NCBI GenBank assembly: GCA_030668875.1
Contig: DAOVER010000011.1
Span: forward strand, 1-32,000
Direction: 5' to 3'
From: Candidatus Heimdallarchaeota archaeon
GTDB taxonomy: Archaea; Asgardarchaeota; Heimdallarchaeia; Heimdallarchaeales; Heimdallarchaeaceae
DNA length: 32,000 nt
The notes under the pieces are model-generated. The model saw nothing but the letters and a program-made list of their open reading frames with translations, was not told the DNA's origin and searched no databases. The position numbers and the translations under genes are program-made. The stretch's first letter is position 1. Every line of letters starts with the position of its first letter. Below are positions 17,826 through 26,896 of this stretch, one piece after another.

Positions 17826-18406
17826 ATGAAGAAGTTGCTGCAATAAATGAATAGAACAATCATAAAAAACAGTTTCAAATTATTACCCTTTCTAATATTG
17901 TTTATAGTAAACACTTCAATCATAAGTACTTCAAACACATCAAATCCAGTGCAAATAGCATTCAGTATTGATTTACTAACTCTTAATCTAAACGAGCATT
18001 CAGCAATTCCAAGAATAGCTGGATTATTATCAGAAAACCTTCCAAAGATTGGAGTAGGGATAAACATTGTTGAGCATACTACCAGCGATAATATAGCTGA
18101 AAGAACATGGAATTATCCGATTGGAAGGGATTACGATTATATACCTACTTATGCTGAAGGTGGATATGACATTGTTTTGAGGGAAGTTGCGTGGGATTTT
18201 GACCATGATCATGAAGGATATTTTGACAGTGAGAGCATTGTTCCAAATGGATTAAATTACTATCAATATAATAATATCATTTATGATAATTATCTTAACT
18301 TTTTTTTGAATCAAACTTATTATGAGGGATATGAATATCTATTTGAACTTGTTACTATTTTATATGACGAATTACCCTCAATTGCCATTTGCTATCCTCG
18401 AACTGT
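16539..18406 (+). repeat. Dispersed direct repeats from the tandem SBP duplication (example: a 29-nt exact match)
   Basis: TCAATTGCCATTTGCTATCCTCGAACTGT occurs at both 16539-16567 and 18378-18406. Also, 17525-17567 and 19361-19403 match at 42 of 43 nt. Confidence 0.9.
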
Positions 18407-19652
18407 ATTTAGTCTAAAAAATACAGTATCTGGTATTGATTGGGCATTACTTACTGTTAATCAACATCGCATAGAGAATTGGGGAAACTCTGATGGACAT
18501 ATTATCAACTTTGGTTTTAGGGAGAAGTTATCAGGAACTAATATCTTCAAACAGAATTCAAGGGGTGATTCTACTTGGACACAAGCAGTTTATGGTTCTC
18601 TCTATACAAGAAACCAATATGAAGAATGGGTACCAATGATTGCTAATAGTACCTTCATTAAATCAAAACTCGATGGAAAAATGAATATCACTGTAGGCAT
18701 TGACCAACTAGCCAAATTCAGTGATGGTAGTCAAGTTCTATCGGAGGACGTGAAATATAGTTATGATTTACATTTAAATTCATCATTAGTTTCGAATCAA
18801 CTAATCAACTTTGCGAAATGTTTCCAATCAATTGAGTCTATTTCAATTGTAGACAATTATACTATCCAATTTAATCTAGACAGAATCTATAATTCACCAC
18901 ATAAGGTTCTAAGTTTAGGAATAGTCGATAAATCAAGAATTGAGCCCTTGATAGATGCTTTTGGTTACGCAATATTCGATGAACTACCCGGAACATATGA
19001 TGTACAGTATGATCTGGTAACATCTTGTGGTCCCTACATACTTGATTCATTAGATTTAGATCTGAATTTATTCAATTTATCTCCTAATCCATATTGGAAT
19101 AATTTAACCTTCTCTAATGGGATTCAACCTCACCTTCTATCACTGAATGGCACTTATGTTTCGAACGACCAAGAAGGTATTGAAAAACTACAATCAGGTG
19201 TTATAGATGTTATAAAGCTAAAAGCCTACATTCTTCCTGACTTGATAACAGGTTATTCAAATATTGAATCTAAAGCCCCCATATCTATTGAACTAGGTGT
19301 CAATATGAAACATCCAGTAATAGGGACAGGAGAGCTTACACCACTTGGAACTAGAGAATATGCAATAAATATTCGAAAAGGTATAAGTCATGCAATTCCT
19401 CGAAATTATATTGTAGATGAGATTCTAATGGGCTTAGGAGTACCAGCAAGTATCCAATATCCTGACCCAGAAATTGTATTTAGTTATTTTGAACCTTATA
19501 CATATGATCTTGATTTAGCTCGTTCTTATGTGGGATCGGTAGGTAGAAAGCCAAATCCCCCAACACCTTCATCTTCAGGTTCCTATATAATTATCTTAAC
19601 TACGTTCTTTGCTATAGTAACAACTTCAATAATAATAAAGAAAAAAAGGTAG
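17847..19652 (+). CDS. Family-5 solute-binding protein, circularly permuted; tandem paralog of 15990-17825
   Basis: Same motif order as the upstream gene and long near-identical DNA blocks. Ends in a Pro/Ser linker (KPNPPTPSSSGS), a TM helix and KKKR. Confidence 0.85.
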   Translation: MNRTIIKNSFKLLPFLILFIVNTSIISTSNTSNPVQIAFSIDLLTLNLNEHSAIPRIAGLLSENLPKIGVGINIVEHTTSDNIAERTWNYPIGRDYDYIPTYAEGGYDIVLREVAWDFDHDHEGYFDSESIVPNGLNYYQYNNIIYDNYLNFFLNQTYYEGYEYLFELVTILYDELPSIAICYPRTVFSLKNTVSGIDWALLTVNQHRIENWGNSDGHIINFGFREKLSGTNIFKQNSRGDSTWTQAVYGSLYTRNQYEEWVPMIANSTFIKSKLDGKMNITVGIDQLAKFSDGSQVLSEDVKYSYDLHLNSSLVSNQLINFAKCFQSIESISIVDNYTIQFNLDRIYNSPHKVLSLGIVDKSRIEPLIDAFGYAIFDELPGTYDVQYDLVTSCGPYILDSLDLDLNLFNLSPNPYWNNLTFSNGIQPHLLSLNGTYVSNDQEGIEKLQSGVIDVIKLKAYILPDLITGYSNIESKAPISIELGVNMKHPVIGTGELTPLGTREYAINIRKGISHAIPRNYIVDEILMGLGVPASIQYPDPEIVFSYFEPYTYDLDLARSYVGSVGRKPNPPTPSSSGSYIIILTTFFAIVTTSIIIKKKR

Positions 19653-19662
19653 AAATCATGAA

Positions 19663-21015
19663 TTAAGAAGTAGCTGCAGTTATGTTAATATCTTCAAGCA
19701 AAACAGCAGGTATGAATGTTGGTGTATTTACTTCCCAGCTTTTTATTTGTTTTAGGTCCTTACCCAATGCTTTGATATTCCCAAAAATGTTAAACATAGT
19801 GTCACTTACTCTTAATTCTCTAACTGGTTTTGAGATTTCACCGTTCTCTATTATGAACATTCCATCTCTAGGAATAGTTGAGAATATCCCATCTGCATAA
19901 CTAGTAAATCTTGTATACCAGTTATTAGTAAGGTAAATTGTTGGTTTGCCTTTGGATATTTCCATTAATTCATCAAATGAATGATCACCAGGTTCAAAGA
20001 ATACATTGGTATTCTGTGGGAAAACAAGCCCAGCATTTCCTGTACTTACTGTTCCTGCTTTTTTAGCTGTTGATGTGTTGTGAATGAAACCTTTCAAAAT
20101 ACCATTCTCAACTAAAACATTCCTACCAGTTGGATGACCTTCATCATCAAACGATCTTGATCCTAGACCATTCGGAAGAAGAGCATCATCATAAACTGAA
20201 ACGAATTCGGGACCTATCTGTTCTCCAATTTTATCTTTTAACCAAGAAAATCCTATCTCTACAGAAAATGGATTAGCAGCTACAGGTGTTGCTGCAACAA
20301 TATCACCAGCTACCTTAGGAGCTAGAATGACATTATATTTCCCAGGTGAGCCATTTACTCCTCCAACTGACATTTTAGCTATTTTTCCTGCTTTTCTTCC
20401 TGCTTCTTCTAAATCAATCCTTGAAGATAATCGTCCAACATCTATTTCTGCTCCCGAACTAGTATCATCAATGAAGGAACGAATTGTATATTCATATTTG
20501 GTTGAATGCGCTTTTGCTCTAGCTCCTCTTGAGGAAACAAGCTGGACTTTTGTTGCATCCCAGTAAAGCACTCCTGCAGATCTTTTCGCTCCTTCTTCTT
20601 GAGCTGCATTGATCGAAGCTGTCACCTTATCGAGAGCTTGTTCGTGGAAATCTATTAGATCTGGATCGCTTAATTCATCAATAGATGGATAACTAAATGG
20701 ACCATCGGATATTCCCATGTAATTCTGATTTGGAGGTAATGAGGAGACAAGCTTATCGAGAGAATCAATAGATGATAAAATTGTTTCAGATGTTAAGTCT
20801 TGGAGATCAACAGCAACTGTTTTTTGATTTTTAACTGCAAAAACACCTAAATTCATAGAAGCCCAATTCTTGACAATTGTTATTTGATTATCAGCAAATC
20901 TAATTTGTGACTTATTGCTTTTTTCTGTCTGTAAAATATAATCTTCAAAACCTAACTCTTGGAGTTTCTTTATTGTTAAATCCATAACATTTTCAGTATC
21001 TAATTTATCTACCAT
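19663..21015 (-). CDS. pmbA: TldE/PmbA family protein (non-catalytic partner of TldD)
   Basis: QIRFADNQIT, GKYNVILAP, VYDDALLPNGLGSRSFDDEGHPT, LVENGILKGF, STGNAG and IENGEI..PV; lacks HExxxH. ATG 21015 has AGGTGA upstream; the ORF track start GTG 21024 overlaps the tldD stop. Confidence 0.9.
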   Translation of the reverse strand: MVDKLDTENVMDLTIKKLQELGFEDYILQTEKSNKSQIRFADNQITIVKNWASMNLGVFAVKNQKTVAVDLQDLTSETILSSIDSLDKLVSSLPPNQNYMGISDGPFSYPSIDELSDPDLIDFHEQALDKVTASINAAQEEGAKRSAGVLYWDATKVQLVSSRGARAKAHSTKYEYTIRSFIDDTSSGAEIDVGRLSSRIDLEEAGRKAGKIAKMSVGGVNGSPGKYNVILAPKVAGDIVAATPVAANPFSVEIGFSWLKDKIGEQIGPEFVSVYDDALLPNGLGSRSFDDEGHPTGRNVLVENGILKGFIHNTSTAKKAGTVSTGNAGLVFPQNTNVFFEPGDHSFDELMEISKGKPTIYLTNNWYTRFTSYADGIFSTIPRDGMFIIENGEISKPVRELRVSDTMFNIFGNIKALGKDLKQIKSWEVNTPTFIPAVLLEDINITAATS

Positions 21016-21020
21016 TACTC

Positions 21021-22469
21021 TCACCTAACCTCCACATTACGAATACGCATGAATGAACCACCATGATAAACAGGTGCGCCCTGCATTGGATCACCTTTGC
21101 CACAAGTAGCAGCGTCAAATTCTAGCAAACTCTTCTTAGCAACTGCATCAACTGAGCCCCATAGTTTGGGAGTTGTAGTTTCAACTACAGGTCTTCTCAC
21201 CATGTGTTTAACTTCACCATTCTCGATTAGATATGCTTCTAATCCTACATACTTGGATTGATATCGTCTGTCATCAATATTCCACTCTGTAAAGTTGTGC
21301 ATCAAGACACCAAGTTTAACGTCCTCTATCAATTCCTCTAATTCGAAATCACCTGGCAACAGATAGGTATTAGCCATTCTAGGGATTGGTTCACGGTTAT
21401 AACCTATTGCTCGAGCTGCTGCTGTACTCTTTGTTTGCATGAAAGCAGCTGATTCTCTATTATGAAGCATATCCTGAAAAATACCTTCCTTTAAGAGATA
21501 TCTTGGTCCGGCCTTTATTCCTTCATCGTCATATTGATAATAACCATAAGAACCTAATAATGAAGGATCATCTATTATTGTAACTTTATCAGAACCTATT
21601 TTTTCACCAATCATGTCTTGTTTAAGATAGCTTTCACCTGCTTGAGCACCTTCTCTTCCTAATATCCTATCTCCTTCAGATGGATGCCCTTGATTCTCAT
21701 GACACATTATACCAATAACATTCGGACCAACTACATAATCTATTGTTCCTTTTGGAGCTTCCTTTGCTTCAGTAACTATTTTTCCCAATGTTCTAACTTG
21801 TTTCTCTATATAATCTTCAATTTTCCAGAAATCTAATGCTTCATACCCACCAGCTTTTCCTTTTTGTATCATTAACTGCTCTTTTGAGCCCGTAGTGGGG
21901 TTTACTGCCACAATCAATCCAAAGAGTTGTAGAAGGTCAGTTTCGCTCTCTATCCTTGCTCCTTCATTAGTTATAATCAATTTCTTTTCTGTTTGATCTA
22001 ACATTTGAAAGAAACGGAACGGTATGATTGCACCAGTTTCTACTTCAGCTGCAATTTTATCTAGATTGATTAATCTGTTAATTTTCTCTTCAGGAGATAA
22101 TTCTAAAGGTCTTTTTCCACTTTGACCAATAGCTTGATAGGTTGCTATGTGAATTTCCTCTTCACTAAACGATATTTTCTTTGTTCGCATATTTCCGCTT
22201 GCTTCAGCCATTTTAGTTGCGAAAGTTACTGCTATATTCATCTCTTCTTTCGTCATCTCATTAAAACTAGCGAATCCTACTCCACCGTCTTTCAGTACTC
22301 TTATTCCAATACCCTTGCTTCTCATTATAGCTCCGAGTTCAGGAACTCCACTTTTCAGAATACTAGTGTTGCTTTTCAAATCAACTAAGCGTGCTTCAAT
22401 ATACTGAGCACCAAGTTTCTCTCCCTTCTCTATTGCTTTTTCAACCAGATCAATTGGTTCTGCAGTCAT
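21021..22469 (-). CDS. tldD: TldD metalloprotease
   Basis: GIGIRV..DGGVGFAS, intact metal motif CHENQGHPSEGDR, YDDEG, IPRMANT and C-terminal CGKGDP...PVYHGG. Confidence 0.93.
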   Translation of the reverse strand: MTAEPIDLVEKAIEKGEKLGAQYIEARLVDLKSNTSILKSGVPELGAIMRSKGIGIRVLKDGGVGFASFNEMTKEEMNIAVTFATKMAEASGNMRTKKISFSEEEIHIATYQAIGQSGKRPLELSPEEKINRLINLDKIAAEVETGAIIPFRFFQMLDQTEKKLIITNEGARIESETDLLQLFGLIVAVNPTTGSKEQLMIQKGKAGGYEALDFWKIEDYIEKQVRTLGKIVTEAKEAPKGTIDYVVGPNVIGIMCHENQGHPSEGDRILGREGAQAGESYLKQDMIGEKIGSDKVTIIDDPSLLGSYGYYQYDDEGIKAGPRYLLKEGIFQDMLHNRESAAFMQTKSTAAARAIGYNREPIPRMANTYLLPGDFELEELIEDVKLGVLMHNFTEWNIDDRRYQSKYVGLEAYLIENGEVKHMVRRPVVETTTPKLWGSVDAVAKKSLLEFDAATCGKGDPMQGAPVYHGGSFMRIRNVEVR

Positions 22470-22491
22470 ATTCAGAAGATATAATTATAAT

Positions 22492-22500
22492 TATTTAAAG
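22492..22500 (-). promoter_or_regulatory. TATA-like box of the tldD-pmbA operon (representative of many such boxes)
   Basis: CTTTAAATA on the minus strand, 23 nt upstream of the tldD ATG. The same spacing recurs for at least 10 other genes in the window (see findings). Confidence 0.55.
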
Positions 22501-22543
22501 ATATTCTCTCAACAATGAAAACATAATAAGATAGTGTAGGATA

Positions 22544-23449
22544 TTATCTTACAGATTCTAATTCAATTTGATATTCAACAAATTCCTTAACTAAATTCGC
22601 TACATCCCTTCCATTTTCGAACAATAAGTCATGTTTGGAATCAGGTAGTATTGCTAATCTCGAGTTAGGTAATAGTTCTCGCAGTTTCATTGAATCTTTA
22701 ACAGAAGTAAGATGATCTTTTTCCCCTACCATAAGTAAAATCGGAGTTTCTAACTTCTTAAGTTCTTCATCTTTATCCCAAGCATATACTGTATTCAGTA
22801 AACTTTGTCTAAAAACATGATATGGCATACTCTTACGTTGTTCTTTTATGATGTTGATATACTTTGGATTAACTGAATCTGATGTAATGATATTCATTAC
22901 TACATGCAAAAGAATATTTTTCACTCTTTCATCCATTCTGTAAAACATTAAAGGAAGCATTCTTGGAAATGGTTCTCTGAAATTAGGTGCACTTGAAAGC
23001 ACTACCGCTGCTTTTGCTCTTTCTGGTTTTAAGCATAGATAGTTTTGAACTATTGCTGACCCCATAGAATGCCCAATTAAGATTAGATTCTTTGGATTGA
23101 AATAATCCACAATTTGTGCTAATTCCTCTGTAAATAATCCTAGATCATAAGAATCTGAGTCAACATCTGAAAAACCATGACCTTTCATATCATAAGCTAT
23201 GATTCTAAAATGAGATCCTAACATTTTTAGTAGATAACTGTAAATTATGCTACTTGAACCCCACCCATGAGCACAAATTATTGTATAATCATATGTAGGA
23301 TTTTCGTTTATATCTACGTAACTAATAGTATAACTTGAACCATTTCTTTGTATCGTTAACTTAGCTCTTTTTTCTGAGAATGGATCGACCATTACCAAAT
23401 CCTCCATTTCCAGTTTAGATGATCTATTTAGTGATAGCATATGGCTCAA
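22544..23449 (-). CDS. Alpha/beta-fold hydrolase
   Basis: AHGWGSS oxyanion loop, YDMKGHGFS, nucleophile elbow GHSMG, GEKD acid and a C-terminal His (SKHDL). About 50-aa N-terminal extension. Start is TTG 23449 or ATG 23440. Confidence 0.9.
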   Translation of the reverse strand: MSHMLSLNRSSKLEMEDLVMVDPFSEKRAKLTIQRNGSSYTISYVDINENPTYDYTIICAHGWGSSSIIYSYLLKMLGSHFRIIAYDMKGHGFSDVDSDSYDLGLFTEELAQIVDYFNPKNLILIGHSMGSAIVQNYLCLKPERAKAAVVLSSAPNFREPFPRMLPLMFYRMDERVKNILLHVVMNIITSDSVNPKYINIIKEQRKSMPYHVFRQSLLNTVYAWDKDEELKKLETPILLMVGEKDHLTSVKDSMKLRELLPNSRLAILPDSKHDLLFENGRDVANLVKEFVEYQIELESVR

Positions 23450-23551
23450 TTATATACTAGTTATCGAACATTTATAAAACTAATCAAATGAAAAGTAAAG
23501 GGCTTAAAAACGTGATGTGTAGCTCTTTACACAAATATGAAAAAAGAGTGA

Positions 23552-25390
23552 TTAGAGTGATTTTTCAAAGAAATCTGACAGCATTTTGAATAAAGTTTTT
23601 TGATTCTTTACTTTCACAATTCCATGACCTTCATCTTCGAAAATATACTCCTCATAATCTATTTTGTGTTCTTCTAGATTCTTCCTAACTTCCTCTACAT
23701 TCTTTGGAGAAACATTGGGATCTCGTCTTCCTTGAATAATTAGTAATTTACCTTTAATATCCTGAACAAAGTTAATGGGTGAGCGTTCAAAATATATATC
23801 TGGCACTTCTGTTGGAGTGCCACCCATCATTTCAGCTGAAAGAGGTTTTAAATCAGGTCTTGTTGTATCGTAATCAATCTCCAGATCAGTCATACCACAA
23901 ATGGGTGCTGAAGCCGCGATGATATCAAATGGAGCTTTTGTTATCCCAAACCAAGCTGAGTACCCCCCATAGCTTGTTCCAGTTATGCCAACCTTACCAC
24001 TTACAGCTGTTCCTTGTGATATAAGTGCTCTAATACCTGAAAGAATATCCTCCTGTTCATCAGCTCCCCACCCTCTGTCTCGTATCGAATCTTCAAAGGT
24101 AATCCCATAGCCAGTTGAACCTCTATAATTTGGATCAAGAACTGTAAAACCTAATTTAGTATAATACTGGATTTGAGAATTAATAGCATCTTCAGAATGG
24201 GCAGTAGGGCCACCATGCACGTATATTATTGTTTTTTCATTCGATTTTTTAGGTTTGTACAACCAACCATGCACATTAACACCATCATGAGATTTCCAGT
24301 CAAAATCTTCAGCAGCAGTCAAATCACTTTTTTGTAATTTTGTTTGTTTCCAAACATAAGTAAGTGATTTGAAATTAACAGGGTTTATGGAATCAATATT
24401 GAATTTAATAATATCATCTGGTTGAGTTGAAGAATAATATTTGCCGATCCAATCCTTAGAATTTAAGGGGGCAATTGGATAATAATTTCCTGATATTCTA
24501 GGTAATTTCGTTTCTTGCAAGGTTTCCACGTTAATAATTGAAACTCTTTTTTTTGCTTTTTCATATTCTGATACAAAGAAATAATTACCAATTCGGGGAA
24601 CAGAAAAATCTTCAATACTTCGTAATGGATCATCGATTACCCATGTGATTTCTTCGGATTCGACATTGTAAATACCAAGGGAGTAATGTTTCTGTTCTAT
24701 GTTATCTTTTGTATCGGTAAGAAACACTATTCTCTTACTATCAGACAACCAAGATGCAAATACTCTTGCCTTCTCACCGAAATTTAATATCTCTCTGTCT
24801 TGATTACCATCTATATCCACAATCCACTTTTGTTCTCCTTTAGGATGGTACTCTTTTCTGCTATATAGTATGTTCTGCCCATTTTTTGATAAATCAGGGA
24901 ATAACCATGTTGGTTTACTAGGTTTTGCTAAACATATCATCTCATCAGTTTCTAAATTGTGTTTGTAAATGTAAGTAGGTTCAATTTCCTTTTTATCTGT
25001 TAAGGAATAATTAGCTCCATATATCAACCATTTCTCACTTGGATGAATTCTCCCTCCTCTCAAGAAGAATGGAGGGTTTTCCATGGTTAATGGAATCATC
25101 TCGAGCGGATTATCTAGATTAATTCTAAACAATCTAACTCTTTCATTTCTACTCTTATCTTCTCCAACCAAAACAGCCTTACTCTTTGGATAGAAATATC
25201 TAACTATTGACATTTCTGGGGTATTTGATAGAGCTATAGGGTTGGAACTACCATCTGTAGGAACATAGAATACATCAATGTTAGGATTGATATTTCTCCA
25301 TGAATAGGCTAAATACTTCCCATCAGGGGAAATTTGAGGTGAATAAATAAAAGGTATTGTAAGCAAATCATCTAAATAATCTTCCTTCAT
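23552..25390 (-). CDS. S9 family (prolyl oligopeptidase/acylaminoacyl-peptidase-like) serine peptidase
   Basis: N-terminal beta-propeller (PQISPDGKYLAY); catalytic domain with VHGGP, NYRGSTGYG, GTSYGG, QGRRDPNV and EDEGHG, so the Ser-Asp-His triad is intact. Confidence 0.93.
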   Translation of the reverse strand: MKEDYLDDLLTIPFIYSPQISPDGKYLAYSWRNINPNIDVFYVPTDGSSNPIALSNTPEMSIVRYFYPKSKAVLVGEDKSRNERVRLFRINLDNPLEMIPLTMENPPFFLRGGRIHPSEKWLIYGANYSLTDKKEIEPTYIYKHNLETDEMICLAKPSKPTWLFPDLSKNGQNILYSRKEYHPKGEQKWIVDIDGNQDREILNFGEKARVFASWLSDSKRIVFLTDTKDNIEQKHYSLGIYNVESEEITWVIDDPLRSIEDFSVPRIGNYFFVSEYEKAKKRVSIINVETLQETKLPRISGNYYPIAPLNSKDWIGKYYSSTQPDDIIKFNIDSINPVNFKSLTYVWKQTKLQKSDLTAAEDFDWKSHDGVNVHGWLYKPKKSNEKTIIYVHGGPTAHSEDAINSQIQYYTKLGFTVLDPNYRGSTGYGITFEDSIRDRGWGADEQEDILSGIRALISQGTAVSGKVGITGTSYGGYSAWFGITKAPFDIIAASAPICGMTDLEIDYDTTRPDLKPLSAEMMGGTPTEVPDIYFERSPINFVQDIKGKLLIIQGRRDPNVSPKNVEEVRKNLEEHKIDYEEYIFEDEGHGIVKVKNQKTLFKMLSDFFEKSL

Positions 25391-25449
25391 AAATGCAATT
25401 TGTTATGGAATATTAAAATATTTACTGATTGGTAGATGAGACAGAAAGA

Positions 25450-26025
25450 TCAAAAGATGTGTGGAAACCATTCAGCAAAAGGTACAAATAAAGCAAGAAT
25501 TGGACCCGAAAATATGAAGAAAACTGCTCCTACTATCAAACCAACAACCGTTCCACCTATAATATCTAATACATAGTGTAATCTTAATGATATCCTTGCT
25601 ATGTTCACGCCAATAGTCCATAGACCAAATAACAAACCTAACCACCATACTTCTTGAAAGAAGAGAATCATGAGTATTGATGAAGTTGCCATACGGCTTG
25701 CATGACCACTTGGAAAACTGTAGTAATCTCCTCTGGCTACATATTTTTTTAGCCTGTCATCACTTGGTCTTTTTCTTTTTACTATATATTTGATTAAGGC
25801 TGTAGTTAAGCCTGATATTATTAAAACGAGCAATTGTAAGATATTAATTGTTCTGTCCATGAAAATATCGAAAACAAAAAATATAACAGAGAGAATTATC
25901 CATGGCTGTGAATTACCTGAGAGTGCAAGTATACTAAAGAAAGTTTGATGTTTAGCTGTTCTATCAGCTATTTTTTGTGATACTTTCTTATCCCATTCAT
26001 CTAGGCTTGATTCTTCAATAGCCAT
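25450..26025 (-). CDS. PAP2 family membrane lipid phosphatase
   Basis: KYIVKRKRP (C1), SFPSGH (C2), ARISLRLHYVLD (C3) and several TM helices. ORF track start is TTG 26073; ATG 26025 lies about 21 nt after a TTTTAAAT-like box. Confidence 0.9.
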   Translation of the reverse strand: MAIEESSLDEWDKKVSQKIADRTAKHQTFFSILALSGNSQPWIILSVIFFVFDIFMDRTINILQLLVLIISGLTTALIKYIVKRKRPSDDRLKKYVARGDYYSFPSGHASRMATSSILMILFFQEVWWLGLLFGLWTIGVNIARISLRLHYVLDIIGGTVVGLIVGAVFFIFSGPILALFVPFAEWFPHIF

Positions 26026-26073
26026 ACAAGAGAAGAAGAGGTCTAATTTAAAAAAGTAACTGTCATTTCGCAA

Positions 26074-26886
26074 CTATTCGTACAAATTTCTATTCTCTTC
26101 ATAATATTTTCGAGCAACCAACAGATGTTCAGGTTTGTCGACATCCATTGCAATTTCTCCGTCAAACATTACAGGTGCATATATCCCCCTCTCAATCTTG
26201 AAGATTTTTTTATTAAAAAATTTTAGTAGCCTTTCAAGTGTTAATCGCTTGAAAACGTACCTTAATACAAGAATAGGGTTTAAAATAATTAACTGCCCAA
26301 TTACTGATTTTCTTTGTGAACCTAAATCATCAATCAGTTTTTTATGTTCTAAAAGCTTTCCTGGTTTCACAAGAAGAATGTCCCCACCACAGAATTCTAA
26401 ATCCATAAATTTCATCCAACTTCGTTGGACATTAGGAAATTTTTCCAACATAGTTTCCTTTTTAACTATTGGATAATAGAATATCCCATCAATCTCTCCT
26501 CCTGATTCTTCTTCACATTTGTCAACAAACCTTTGTATCATATCACTTTTAATTAGCGGAACATCTGCAGAGAGAGTGATCATATATTCAGAATGCCCTT
26601 CTTCCTTCCTTATATAATCTTTATAAACATTAACTCCTTTATCGAAAACTGTTCCTTCATCTTCAACAAAAACAACTGGGTAATTGGTGTCCCACTCTTC
26701 TTCAGTCATACCTACAATGTAGATTTTTTCAATGAAGTCACATTTGAGAAATTCCTCTACTTGACGTTCAAGAAATATTTTTGATCCTAACTTAATGAAA
26801 CCTTTCTTTGGAACATTTTCAAGTTCACAAATAATATCATCTTTACTTGAATGTCCAGCTAATATTATGGCGTTCATCTTAATCAT
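26074..26886 (-). CDS. MobA-like NTP-transferase (GT-A fold nucleotidyl/cytidylyltransferase)
   Basis: NAIILAG...PKKGFIKLGSKIFLERQV, LSADVPLI, RSWMKFMDLEFCGGDILL and MDVDKPEHL. Start is ATG 26886 or 26877; the ORF track start 26928 overlaps the upstream gene. Confidence 0.85.
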   Translation of the reverse strand: MIKMNAIILAGHSSKDDIICELENVPKKGFIKLGSKIFLERQVEEFLKCDFIEKIYIVGMTEEEWDTNYPVVFVEDEGTVFDKGVNVYKDYIRKEEGHSEYMITLSADVPLIKSDMIQRFVDKCEEESGGEIDGIFYYPIVKKETMLEKFPNVQRSWMKFMDLEFCGGDILLVKPGKLLEHKKLIDDLGSQRKSVIGQLIILNPILVLRYVFKRLTLERLLKFFNKKIFKIERGIYAPVMFDGEIAMDVDKPEHLLVARKYYEENRNLYE

Positions 26887-26896
26887 TGTAATCTGC

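Noticed and set aside
21021-21024. Selenocysteine or stop read-through at TGA stops (tldD end; also 31823-31825)
   Set aside because: Both TGAs come at the natural end of the protein and overlap the next gene's start or SD site (GTGA coupling); I saw no SECIS-like hairpin and no in-frame continuation of homology.
19663-25390. TldD/E plus S9 peptidase as a RiPP (microcin-like) biosynthetic cluster
   Set aside because: No YcaO, radical SAM, lanthipeptide or other modifying enzyme and no credible precursor peptide ORF; a housekeeping proteolysis role is more parsimonious.
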